Notes under the pieces: generated by a model
Told to the model about the DNA's origin: nothing
Seen by the model: the letters and a program-made list of their open reading frames with translations, nothing else
Database searches by the model: none
Position numbers and translations under genes: made by a program
Shown here: one piece after another, positions 1 through 7,517 of the stretch
Layout: each line of letters opens with the position of its first letter
Position numbering within the stretch: position 1 is the first letter of the stretch
From: Promethearchaeota archaeon
Lineage (GTDB): Archaea; Asgardarchaeota; Lokiarchaeia; Sigyniarchaeales; SOKP01
Length of the DNA: 16,442 bases
Reading direction: 5' to 3'
Assembly (NCBI GenBank): GCA_019894975.1
Contig: JAGXNO010000062.1
Span: 1-16,442, forward strand

Positions 1-614
1 GCCCCATCCTCATGTACGAGAAATTTAAGAGGATCTTTCATATCAATATCCGAAGGATTAATTTGGTTATTTTCAATCAACTCATTGAGGCATTCTTTAA
101 GTCGTTTTGGTCTACTTAGGGCGAGTCGAACAGCAAACATTATCAAAATGCCTATATTTTTCTCTATAGCTTTTGTAAAAACGCTATTACGAGCAGATTG
201 ATTTAGAATGTTAAAACCAACCATCATTACATCCCACACATCGTCCTGTAATGCTCTACTTAGCATCACATGATTAGGATCGGGATTAAATCGTTCGGTA
301 ATTCCTATAAAACGTAGTTTACCTTGATCTTTCAATTCAAGAAGTGTCGGTACTATTTCGGAATATAGATATTCATAATCTTGTAGAATAACTCCGTGTA
401 AATGATAAATATCAATGTATTCTGTACCCAGATTTTTAAGACTTCTTTCAAAGCTCTTTAAAACATCTTTAGGTGTAAGGGTTCTCCAAGTTGATTTTTT
501 AGTTGAAATTATGAGATCTTCACGATTGAAATCCTTAATACCTTTACCTACAATCTGTTCAGTTCGATAGACACTTACTTTTAATCCCGTTCGTCCAAGT
601 GTTATATAATCCAT
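1..614 (-). CDS. Aldo/keto reductase family protein, runs off the left edge; carries an apparent internal in-frame deletion near the N-terminus (possible pseudogene)
   Basis: Not in the ORF track. Manual translation from ATG at 614 is open to the edge: MDYITLGRTGLKVSVYRTEQIVGKGIKDFNREDLIISTKK...FERSLKNLGTEYIDIYHLHG...LKDQGKLRFIGITE. LGRTGLKVS, ISTK, SLKNLGTEYIDIYHLH and GKLRFIG are AKR motifs. The GxG and DTA segments are missing. Confidence 0.9.
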   Translation of the reverse strand, partial: MDYITLGRTGLKVSVYRTEQIVGKGIKDFNREDLIISTKKSTWRTLTPKDVLKSFERSLKNLGTEYIDIYHLHGVILQDYEYLYSEIVPTLLELKDQGKLRFIGITERFNPDPNHVMLSRALQDDVWDVMMVGFNILNQSARNSVFTKAIEKNIGILIMFAVRLALSRPKRLKECLNELIENNQINPSDIDMKDPLKFLVHEDG

Positions 615-735
615 AAAGAATCCCTTTAAAGCTCTATTAGATATGAAAATTGAAACATCTATTTTATAGTTTAACCTTAGAAAAAATTAATTAAACACCC
701 ACCATTTTACATCTTATACTGAATCATAACGTAAG

Positions 736-1965
736 ATGAATAAAATGGAAGGACAAGTATATTTTGAAGATTTAGATTTAAAATATGGATATTCATGTAT
801 GCCTGATAGATTACACTATTTCACTAAAGAAGAAAATGATTTTCGAATGGAAGTTCGCAAATGGTGTCAAGATAACATTGAACCTGTAGCCGATAGAATA
901 GATAGAGAAAGAAATACGGATTTAGCAGTCGAGACATTAAGGAAGATGAAACCTTACTTAAACATATTAATCCCTGAAGAAATTGGGGGATTGGGAAAGG
1001 GAGTCTTGTATCGTGTTATTTTTGGTGAAGAATTGACTGCTTTTAATTATGCTATGGCAACTATCTTTGGTGCTTCATCATGCTTATTTGCAGCACCTAT
1101 AATTGAATATGGAACCCATGAACAAAAAGAGAAATATTTAAGGGGCATTGCTGACGGTTCTAAAATAGGAGCAATAGGTATAACTGAACCAACAGGAGGA
1201 TCGGATGCTGTTGGTGGAATGAATCTAAGAGCGAAGAGAGAGGGAGATCATTACATCTTAAATGGTGAAAAATGTTTTATTACTAATGGTAGTGTTGCAG
1301 ATTATATCGTTTTATATGCCGTGACTAATGATCAGGTAAAAAGACGTCAAGGTATATCAGCGTTTATATTTGAAACAGATACACCTGGGTTTGAGGTTCT
1401 AAAAGATTATACCTATATGGGTCGAAGAGGTATGCCAAACTCTCATCTTCGATTTACTAATTGTAAAGTTCCTGTTGAAAATTTAGTACATAAAGAAAAC
1501 GAAGGAGTCGAGGTATTAATGTTTGGTCTCGATGGGGAAAGAACTTTTACAGCATCTCAATATCTTGGTTTAGCAAGGAGTGCTTTTGAAGTAGCATATA
1601 AATACGCTCACAAACGAGAACAATTTGGGAAGACAATCTATTCGTTTGAAGGAATATCTTTTAAATTAAGTGAAATGTTTATGGATTTAGAATTAAATAG
1701 AATTGCTATGGCACAAATAGCCCGAATGCTTGATGAAGGTCATTATTGTAGAGCTACAGTAGCAGCGATTAAAGCAAAGATTGCCGATGCTGCTGTCGAT
1801 ATAACTAAAGAAGCTGTCCAAGTTATTGGAGGATTGGGATACTCTGAAGAATATCCAGTAGAACGTTTTTATCGAGATGCAAAGATAGGACAAATTAGTG
1901 CGGGGTCAGCAGAAATCATGAGATTTCTTATTTCGAGAGAAATGATACGAATGTGGGGGAAATAA
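736..1965 (+). CDS. Acyl-CoA dehydrogenase (isovaleryl-CoA dehydrogenase-like active-site arrangement)
   Basis: Motifs ITEPTGGSD, LNGEKCFITNG, REQFGKTI, QVIGGLGY, ERFYRDAK. The C-terminal loop reads ISAGS rather than IYEGT, and helix G has GLDGER, as in IVD-type enzymes. Confidence 0.93.
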   Translation: MNKMEGQVYFEDLDLKYGYSCMPDRLHYFTKEENDFRMEVRKWCQDNIEPVADRIDRERNTDLAVETLRKMKPYLNILIPEEIGGLGKGVLYRVIFGEELTAFNYAMATIFGASSCLFAAPIIEYGTHEQKEKYLRGIADGSKIGAIGITEPTGGSDAVGGMNLRAKREGDHYILNGEKCFITNGSVADYIVLYAVTNDQVKRRQGISAFIFETDTPGFEVLKDYTYMGRRGMPNSHLRFTNCKVPVENLVHKENEGVEVLMFGLDGERTFTASQYLGLARSAFEVAYKYAHKREQFGKTIYSFEGISFKLSEMFMDLELNRIAMAQIARMLDEGHYCRATVAAIKAKIADAAVDITKEAVQVIGGLGYSEEYPVERFYRDAKIGQISAGSAEIMRFLISREMIRMWGK

Positions 1966-1967
1966 TT

Positions 1968-2435
1968 ATGGCTCAACTAGAAATAAGCCCTGCTGATTGG
2001 AAGGATTATGAGGGAAAAGAACTTGGAACTTCTGATTGGTATGAAGTTACTCAGGATGAAATAGACGATTACGGACGTGTAATTGGAGATTTACAATGGA
2101 TTCACGTCGATCCTGAACGAGCCGCGAAAGAATCTCCTTATGGAACTACGGTTGCACATGGTAATTGGGTACTTTCTATTGCCTATTCAAAGCTATTTTC
2201 GCAATTATATAAATCAATAAATACAAGAATGACAGTTAATTATGGCTGGAATAAGATCCGCTTTCCTGCACCTACACCAGTAGGGAAACGAATTAGGTTA
2301 GTTGGCACAGTTGTAAATGTTAAAGAATTAGACAATGAAGCGTATGATGTTGAATTTGATTTTAAAATCTATGTGGAAGGAGAAACGAAACCTTGTTTTG
2401 CAGCTTCTAAACTTTCAAGGTTTTATTCTCTCTAA
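1968..2435 (+). CDS. MaoC-family (R)-specific enoyl-CoA hydratase/dehydratase, hot-dog fold
   Basis: Hydratase-2 motif GDLQWIHVDPERA...TVAHG and NYGWNKIRFPAP. ATG at 1968, 2 nt after the ACAD stop, is preferred over the GTG at 1953. Probably co-transcribed with the ACAD. Confidence 0.92.
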   Translation: MAQLEISPADWKDYEGKELGTSDWYEVTQDEIDDYGRVIGDLQWIHVDPERAAKESPYGTTVAHGNWVLSIAYSKLFSQLYKSINTRMTVNYGWNKIRFPAPTPVGKRIRLVGTVVNVKELDNEAYDVEFDFKIYVEGETKPCFAASKLSRFYSL

Positions 2436-2440
2436 GAATT

Positions 2441-2450
2441 AAAAAAAAAA
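2441..2450 (-). terminator. Oligo-T (T10 on the minus strand) archaeal-type terminator candidate
   Basis: A10 run on the plus strand between convergent genes, about 14 nt past the stop of 2464..2916. Confidence 0.5.
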
Positions 2451-2463
2451 TGCAAAAACTTGA

Positions 2464-2916
2464 TTATTTGGTTATTTCTTTAACTTTTAAAATGTAATGA
2501 CAAGTTTTTTTATTATTACAAGGAATACAATTTAAAAATTCAGCTTCAGTCTTAATATGAGGAAATGTTTCACTTAAAAATCCTTTCGTATAGGGAATAC
2601 ATATATTTTCTTGAAAAACAGTGCCTCGAGAAGGATCATAAGTTCCACCTATTGGACAAAATTTTTTAGAATATTTTACACTTACATCATAATTATTATC
2701 ATCTAATTTTTTTATCGTTGCTTTTCCTTTCAAGGCACCATAGAATTTCTTTAAAACGACTTCCAAATCTAATGACGACATTCTTTCTTTATAAAATTTA
2801 CCTAACTTTGAACCTGATTTTACTGAAATGGCTTTGGGTAAATTTTCTCCACCAATATCAATCATTTCTCTAACGTAAGCTTGAAAAAACTTTAATACAT
2901 CTTTATTTCTTGTCAC
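2464..2916 (-). CDS. Stand-alone V4R / methanogen output domain (MetOD1)-like small ligand- or metal-binding protein
   Basis: 150 aa with Cys pattern CPIGG...ICIPYTKGF...NCIPC...TCHY and an N-terminal helix ending in GSKLG, typical of the V4R/HNOX-like fold. Confidence 0.6.
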   Translation of the reverse strand: MTRNKDVLKFFQAYVREMIDIGGENLPKAISVKSGSKLGKFYKERMSSLDLEVVLKKFYGALKGKATIKKLDDNNYDVSVKYSKKFCPIGGTYDPSRGTVFQENICIPYTKGFLSETFPHIKTEAEFLNCIPCNNKKTCHYILKVKEITK

Positions 2917-3058
2917 TTTTATTTAACATGCATATTATTTGATAATATAAAAAAATTAGTTTAAATTTGATTTCAGAATATATAATACTTGTTGTCCAAA
3001 TTGTTTATATAACAATAAATCACAATTTTAAAATTATTAATTTAAAAAATAATATTTA

Positions 3059-3850
3059 CTACTTCCCAATAAACTCGGGTTCTTTTTTATCAATTAATGC
3101 AAATACTCCTCTTTTATAATCCTCAGTTTCAGCTGATTTTATCTGCATTTGTCGCTCATGTTCAAGATGTTCTTCTAAAGGAGTGCTTAACGCGTCAAAA
3201 AAGAGTTTTTTGGTTCTAGCATAAGCTAACGTTGGTCCATTAGCAAGACGTTCTGCCCATTGTAAGGTTACTTCATCAAGTTGTTCTGGAGGAGCGATTT
3301 CATTAACCAACCCAAGCTTAGCTAGCTCCTCTGCTGAATATGTGTCTCCAAAAAACGACATTTCTGTAGCTTGTTGCCAGGTAAGTTGACGACTTAGGAG
3401 TATTGTCCCTGCAAATCCAGGTATTAATCCAAGTTTCGCGAATGATTGTCTAAACCGAGCTCTTTCTGAGGCAATTATGAAATCACATGATAATGCTAGA
3501 TTCATACCGGCCCCAACAGCCCATCCATTTACCGCGGCGATGATAGGTTTAGGATACAATCGTAAGATTAATGCTATCTTATAAAGATCCTTAGTTAAAT
3601 CATCCATAACTTTACCAGTTGTCCCATTTTCTATGCTTGATTTGAATAGTTTTATATCTCCACCCGCAGAAAATGCTCTACCGGATCCTGTGATTATTAT
3701 ACATCTTACATCAGTTCTTTCTCTAAGAGATTCTAATTCTTCTAACAATTGTTTCGCTGATTCTTTATTTAATGGATTAAGATTTTCAGGATCGATAAAC
3801 TTTAAGGTGGCTATATTTTCTTTTATGTCTAATTCAATTTTATTTCCCAT
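3059..3850 (-). CDS. Enoyl-CoA hydratase/isomerase (crotonase) superfamily protein, PaaG-like
   Basis: Motifs AFSAGGDI, PKPIIAAVNGWAVGAGMNLALSCD, FAKLGLIP, and C-terminal EDYKRGVFALIDKKEPEFIGK. Confidence 0.92.
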   Translation of the reverse strand: MGNKIELDIKENIATLKFIDPENLNPLNKESAKQLLEELESLRERTDVRCIIITGSGRAFSAGGDIKLFKSSIENGTTGKVMDDLTKDLYKIALILRLYPKPIIAAVNGWAVGAGMNLALSCDFIIASERARFRQSFAKLGLIPGFAGTILLSRQLTWQQATEMSFFGDTYSAEELAKLGLVNEIAPPEQLDEVTLQWAERLANGPTLAYARTKKLFFDALSTPLEEHLEHERQMQIKSAETEDYKRGVFALIDKKEPEFIGK

Positions 3851-4208
3851 AACTCATTCTTATCAATTGTCATTTTCATATTATCGAGTTTATATAAAAT
3901 ATCATTAATACTATAAAACTTATAAAATTGGGGAAAATGATTGAGTAAAATTAATTGAGAAGAAGAAAAGTTCTTCTTAGGTCAATTATGATCATAATCC
4001 TCAAGAGTTTAAAAAATTCATATTCATCTTGACTTCAAAGAATTAAGATATTATATTTCATCAGATGTCTCTTACTTAGATATAAATAGATAAGTCACTT
4101 CTTATTTAAGTGTCATATACTTAATAATAAAATTTGACAATTGAAATTCATAACAAGCATTTTATTCGAGTCTAATAATATTACTAGAGCTGGAGATTAA
4201 AGATAAAT

Positions 4209-4883
4209 TTGAGAGAGATTTACGAATACATATGGATATTTCCACTTATTGGAGGTATATTTTCAATTTTAGCATTGCTTACCCCTGCAGCTTATTTCAG
4301 TGAATCGTTCTACACTTTTAACTTATGGATGTGGGGTTTAATTTCAGTTCAAGTTAATGATCCTTATTTTGGAAGTTATGGTGAAACCACTTTTATTGAT
4401 AACATTTTTATTCTTACTCCTTCTGTAATTGCTTCGATAATAATAGGAGTTAGTTCAATAATTTTAATTTCCTCAGCGGTTACATGTAAGAAAAAATTAA
4501 AAGCAGACGATATTATAAAAAGTAATTGGTTAACACCAGCTATCTTAATATTAATTAGTACAATAGCATGGATAATATCTATAGAATTAGTATTTCTACT
4601 TGGTCCAACTTCAATGAGTTTCTGGGAAACTAATAATCCTGGTTTCGGTGTGATTGGAATGTTCTTAGGATCAGGATTTGCTATAGGTGGATATATAATT
4701 TCTAAATACGGTGCAAAACAAAGAGATGAGGTAATTTTTGTAGCGAACCGAAATGAAATCTCAATTTCCACCCTTGCTTCAGCCAAATCTGGAATGAGTA
4801 TTAAGTATTGTCCAGAATGTGGTACGAAAGCAGAAGAAGAACTTCAACACTTTTGCAGAAATTGTGGCTTCAAACTAATTTAA
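4209..4883 (+). CDS. Membrane protein (about 4 TM helices) with C-terminal zinc-ribbon domain
   Basis: Four hydrophobic stretches and a terminal YCPECG...FCRNCG motif. TTG start, uncertain. Confidence 0.8.
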   Translation: MREIYEYIWIFPLIGGIFSILALLTPAAYFSESFYTFNLWMWGLISVQVNDPYFGSYGETTFIDNIFILTPSVIASIIIGVSSIILISSAVTCKKKLKADDIIKSNWLTPAILILISTIAWIISIELVFLLGPTSMSFWETNNPGFGVIGMFLGSGFAIGGYIISKYGAKQRDEVIFVANRNEISISTLASAKSGMSIKYCPECGTKAEEELQHFCRNCGFKLI

Positions 4884-4949
4884 GAGGTTACGATTGTTGA
4901 TTAGAAATATTTACTGTTACTCTAAGTCTTAAAATAGACTTGAAATATA

Positions 4950-5786
4950 CTATTTATTCAAATAAATAGTCCATTCAGGTTTTAGTATAAAATATTGATC
5001 AATTGCATCTCTCATAGTTTGACGGCACACTTCTATTTCCTTCAGAGTGGGGGGATCTATTTGCTTCACTTCTTCAGCAATTTTTAAATCCCATCCTGTG
5101 TTTTCTTTGACTTGCTCTATTGTAATATTTGGATGTAAAGCGTCTAGATAAGCTTCTTTTGATTCAGGATCAAATTTCATAATACAGAATGGGGTGACAA
5201 TAACTTCTGGACCAGTATCAGAAGGGTAACCCGCCTTTATCCGACTGTCAAATCCCTGTAGATAACCAGGATCAGTGATAAAATCTAGTTGCTCAGGGAG
5301 TCTTCGTTTGGTATGATCATCTATAAGCCATACTAATCTTTTTGCCATAGCTGCGATTTCTGTTGCACCACCACCTCCCGGTAAACGATAAATTGGTTTC
5401 TCGTATGGACCAACTACTGTAGTATTGCAGTTTCCATATTTATCAACCATGGAAGTACTCAATAACGCCACGGTTATTTCACCTCTTTGAAGTATAGATA
5501 ATGCATCAATTGAGTCTCCAACAAATAAAGAATTCGGTACTAAGACAGGATCACTAATCGAATAAGGCATCTTAATTGGTTTAGGAAGCTCGTCTTGAAA
5601 TTGCCCTACTTCTAACACAGCGAAAAGATCAGGACAATGAAGTAACTTAGCCATGTGGACAGCTAAAAAAGGCCAGTGAAAAGCATTAAAAACAATATCA
5701 TCATTTTTAATCTGCCTGCATGCTGACACTAACATCATTTCAAAACCGGTATATTCCGTGCAAAACTCTTTATCTTTAGAACCCAT
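4950..5786 (-). CDS. gctB: Family I CoA-transferase beta subunit (glutaconate CoA-transferase B-like)
   Basis: VLEVG retains the catalytic Glu position. Also DKYGNCNTT, RLPGGGGATEI, LDFITDPGY and VKENTGWDL. Overlaps the subunit A stop by 11 bp. Confidence 0.88.
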   Translation of the reverse strand: MGSKDKEFCTEYTGFEMMLVSACRQIKNDDIVFNAFHWPFLAVHMAKLLHCPDLFAVLEVGQFQDELPKPIKMPYSISDPVLVPNSLFVGDSIDALSILQRGEITVALLSTSMVDKYGNCNTTVVGPYEKPIYRLPGGGGATEIAAMAKRLVWLIDDHTKRRLPEQLDFITDPGYLQGFDSRIKAGYPSDTGPEVIVTPFCIMKFDPESKEAYLDALHPNITIEQVKENTGWDLKIAEEVKQIDPPTLKEIEVCRQTMRDAIDQYFILKPEWTIYLNK

Positions 5787-6711
5787 AGTTTACAGCCCCC
5801 TGAATGATTGGTTTAGCTTTTAGAAACTTAACTTTATCCTTTCCTAAAACTTTCAGATATTCCTGTCGATTCTCTACTCCGGTTACCCACTTCTCAAGCC
5901 AGCTTTCCCAATCTTCAATAGATTTCGTTTCTTTCGCATAATTAAATCTATATTCTAAATCTGTGTAGTAAAAGCCTTGCATACTACTCGGATGAGCACC
6001 CCAGGGTTCATGTACGACAGCATCAACTTTGTGAGCTCCAACTATTGTGCGTTCGGGAGACTCCATAATGACGCTTTTATCCACGATTTCCTCTGTTGCG
6101 ACAATAATTTTCTTACACGCATTAATTCCGTATTTAGTATCTCCAATTAATCCCCACATTTGGGCATTTCCTTCCCTATCTGCCCGTTGTACCTGAATAA
6201 CACCAACATCGGGATTTATCGCAGGAACAACACATATCTCTTCACCGGTGAAAGGGCATTTTACTCTTGCAGCCTTTAATCCTACTTCTTTTGGATGATC
6301 AAAAATGCCTGTGCCAACGATAGAACGAATTGGTACAAACGGGATGCCCATATAACCAGCGAAAAAAGACATATTGATCATAAAAAGAGATTGTTCATTG
6401 TAAATTATCTTTTGGGGTATGCCTTCTTCCATTGAGCGCCTTAGATTATACGCAGGTTGAGGTCCGGTACCATTCCAACAATGTGAAGTAACTATATGAT
6501 TTGTGACCCCCGCACCTATTAATTGGTCAAACATTATTCCACCCCCACATTTGGTCACTTTTAGATTTTGTTTATTCTGTCTGATTATTTCGTGAGCTGC
6601 AGAAAAGGTCATACCATTTCCAAAGCCACCAAAAAATACAAAAATTTCATCGTGTACGAGCTTATTGATTGCCTCTTTCATAGACATTATCTTATTTGAG
6701 ATTTTTTTCAC
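5776..6711 (-). CDS. gctA: Family I CoA-transferase alpha subunit (glutaconate CoA-transferase A-like)
   Basis: Motifs MSMKEAI...GGFG, AAHEIIRQ, DQLIGAG, CPFTGE, QRADREGNAQ, EPWGAHPS. Start is GTG 6711 or ATG 6687. Confidence 0.9.
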   Translation of the reverse strand: MKKISNKIMSMKEAINKLVHDEIFVFFGGFGNGMTFSAAHEIIRQNKQNLKVTKCGGGIMFDQLIGAGVTNHIVTSHCWNGTGPQPAYNLRRSMEEGIPQKIIYNEQSLFMINMSFFAGYMGIPFVPIRSIVGTGIFDHPKEVGLKAARVKCPFTGEEICVVPAINPDVGVIQVQRADREGNAQMWGLIGDTKYGINACKKIIVATEEIVDKSVIMESPERTIVGAHKVDAVVHEPWGAHPSSMQGFYYTDLEYRFNYAKETKSIEDWESWLEKWVTGVENRQEYLKVLGKDKVKFLKAKPIIQGAVNYGF

Positions 6712-6734
6712 CTTTACAATAAAGTTAAAGCTAT

Positions 6735-6755
6735 TACATAATGAGATATTATGTA
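6735..6755. promoter_or_regulatory. Inverted repeat TACATAAT-N5-ATTATGTA, candidate operator for gctAB
   Basis: Perfect 8-bp arms between a TATA-like TTTATAAA (6772-6779) and the gctA start. Confidence 0.45.
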
Positions 6756-6773
6756 CAAAACTTTTAGACCATT

Positions 6774-6909
6774 TATAAATTTATATTTTAATAAAATTCT
6801 CGAGACCTAAGAAATCTGCCAATAAGTATAATAATCAAAATGAAAAAGTTAAATTAAAAAATTCATACTACAAATAGAGAAAATCATGAATTATGTAGTT
6901 GGAAATTTG
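6774..6909 (+). repeat. Copy 1 of the duplicated intergenic promoter region plus radical SAM 5' end (direct repeat of 10662-10800)
   Basis: Near-identical blocks in both copies: TATAAATTTATATTTTAATAA, TTCTCGAG.CCTAAGAAATCTGCCAAT, AAATGAAAAAGTTAAA and AAATAGAGAAAATCATGAATTATGTAGTTGG. Confidence 0.95.
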
Positions 6910-6984
6910 GATTGCTTCATTGCAATAGTAATATTAAGTTTAAGTGTAAATTTGCTATTTAGGATCTTAAGTTTCTTCTATTAA
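6886..6984 (+). pseudogene. Remnant of the radical SAM gene 5' end, now a 32-aa ORF (MNYVVGNLDCFIAIVILSLSVNLLFRILSFFY)
   Basis: The first 8 codons encode the same MNYVVGNL as 10777..11691. ATTGCAATA (IAI) follows in frame after an apparent deletion. Confidence 0.8.
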
Positions 6985-7052
6985 TTTATTACTAATAGTC
7001 ATTACTTTATATAAATCTCTGAAGGCTGTAACGTTTAGAGTTGTAGATGTAG

Positions 7053-7469
7053 TTAGAGATTAAAATTAGAGATTATAATTTCTGGAATTAGGATAGAGTA
7101 TAGGAGAATACTTTCTAGAATCATTTCTAATATGACGATTATGAGAATGAGGACTATGGATTCTTGCATTTTTTGCCTATATACATTTTTAAAAATATAA
7201 ACTCCTAGAAGGATATTGATAAAGAATGATACGATTACCAAAATAATGGGATAAATAAAAATAAGTTCATAGACATTCAAGAACGCAAGATCAAGAATAA
7301 GGTTAATAGTTATCAATATGATAAACATTAGAGTTCTCCAACAAAGAATAAAAAGCAAAGTAGCCCTAAATTGAAATTCCCACCCTTTTTTTCTTTCATA
7401 CCATATGCTTAGTATTATTCCTATTATTACGATAATGATATAACGAAGGAGCTCAAACACAATGTTCAT
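7053..7469 (-). CDS. Hypothetical integral membrane protein (about 4 TM)
   Basis: 138 aa, ATG start, four hydrophobic segments with basic loops (ERKKGW, KNVYRQK). Lies 48 bp downstream of the 482-aa gene on the same strand. Confidence 0.75.
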   Translation of the reverse strand: MNIVFELLRYIIIVIIGIILSIWYERKKGWEFQFRATLLFILCWRTLMFIILITINLILDLAFLNVYELIFIYPIILVIVSFFINILLGVYIFKNVYRQKMQESIVLILIIVILEMILESILLYSILIPEIIISNFNL

Positions 7470-7517
7470 AATATTCTTACCTTTTTTCTTACTTAAATCT
7501 GGAATAATTTAATTTAT

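Noticed and set aside
1693-1893. 66-aa minus-strand ORF
   Set aside because: Antisense shadow inside the acyl-CoA dehydrogenase, with no motif.
3000-3016. ATTGTT-TATAT-AACAAT dyad, and a similar 6-bp dyad at 4924-4941
   Set aside because: Six-bp arms in very AT-rich DNA are expected by chance.
3633-3908. 91-aa plus-strand ORF
   Set aside because: Antisense to the crotonase gene, with no recognisable features.
4376-4786. 136-aa minus-strand ORF
   Set aside because: Antisense shadow of the zinc-ribbon membrane protein.
4950-6711. Possible AibAB-type decarboxylase or IpdAB-type hydrolase instead of a CoA-transferase
   Set aside because: The beta subunit retains Glu at the canonical catalytic position (VLEVG), which favours a true family I CoA-transferase.
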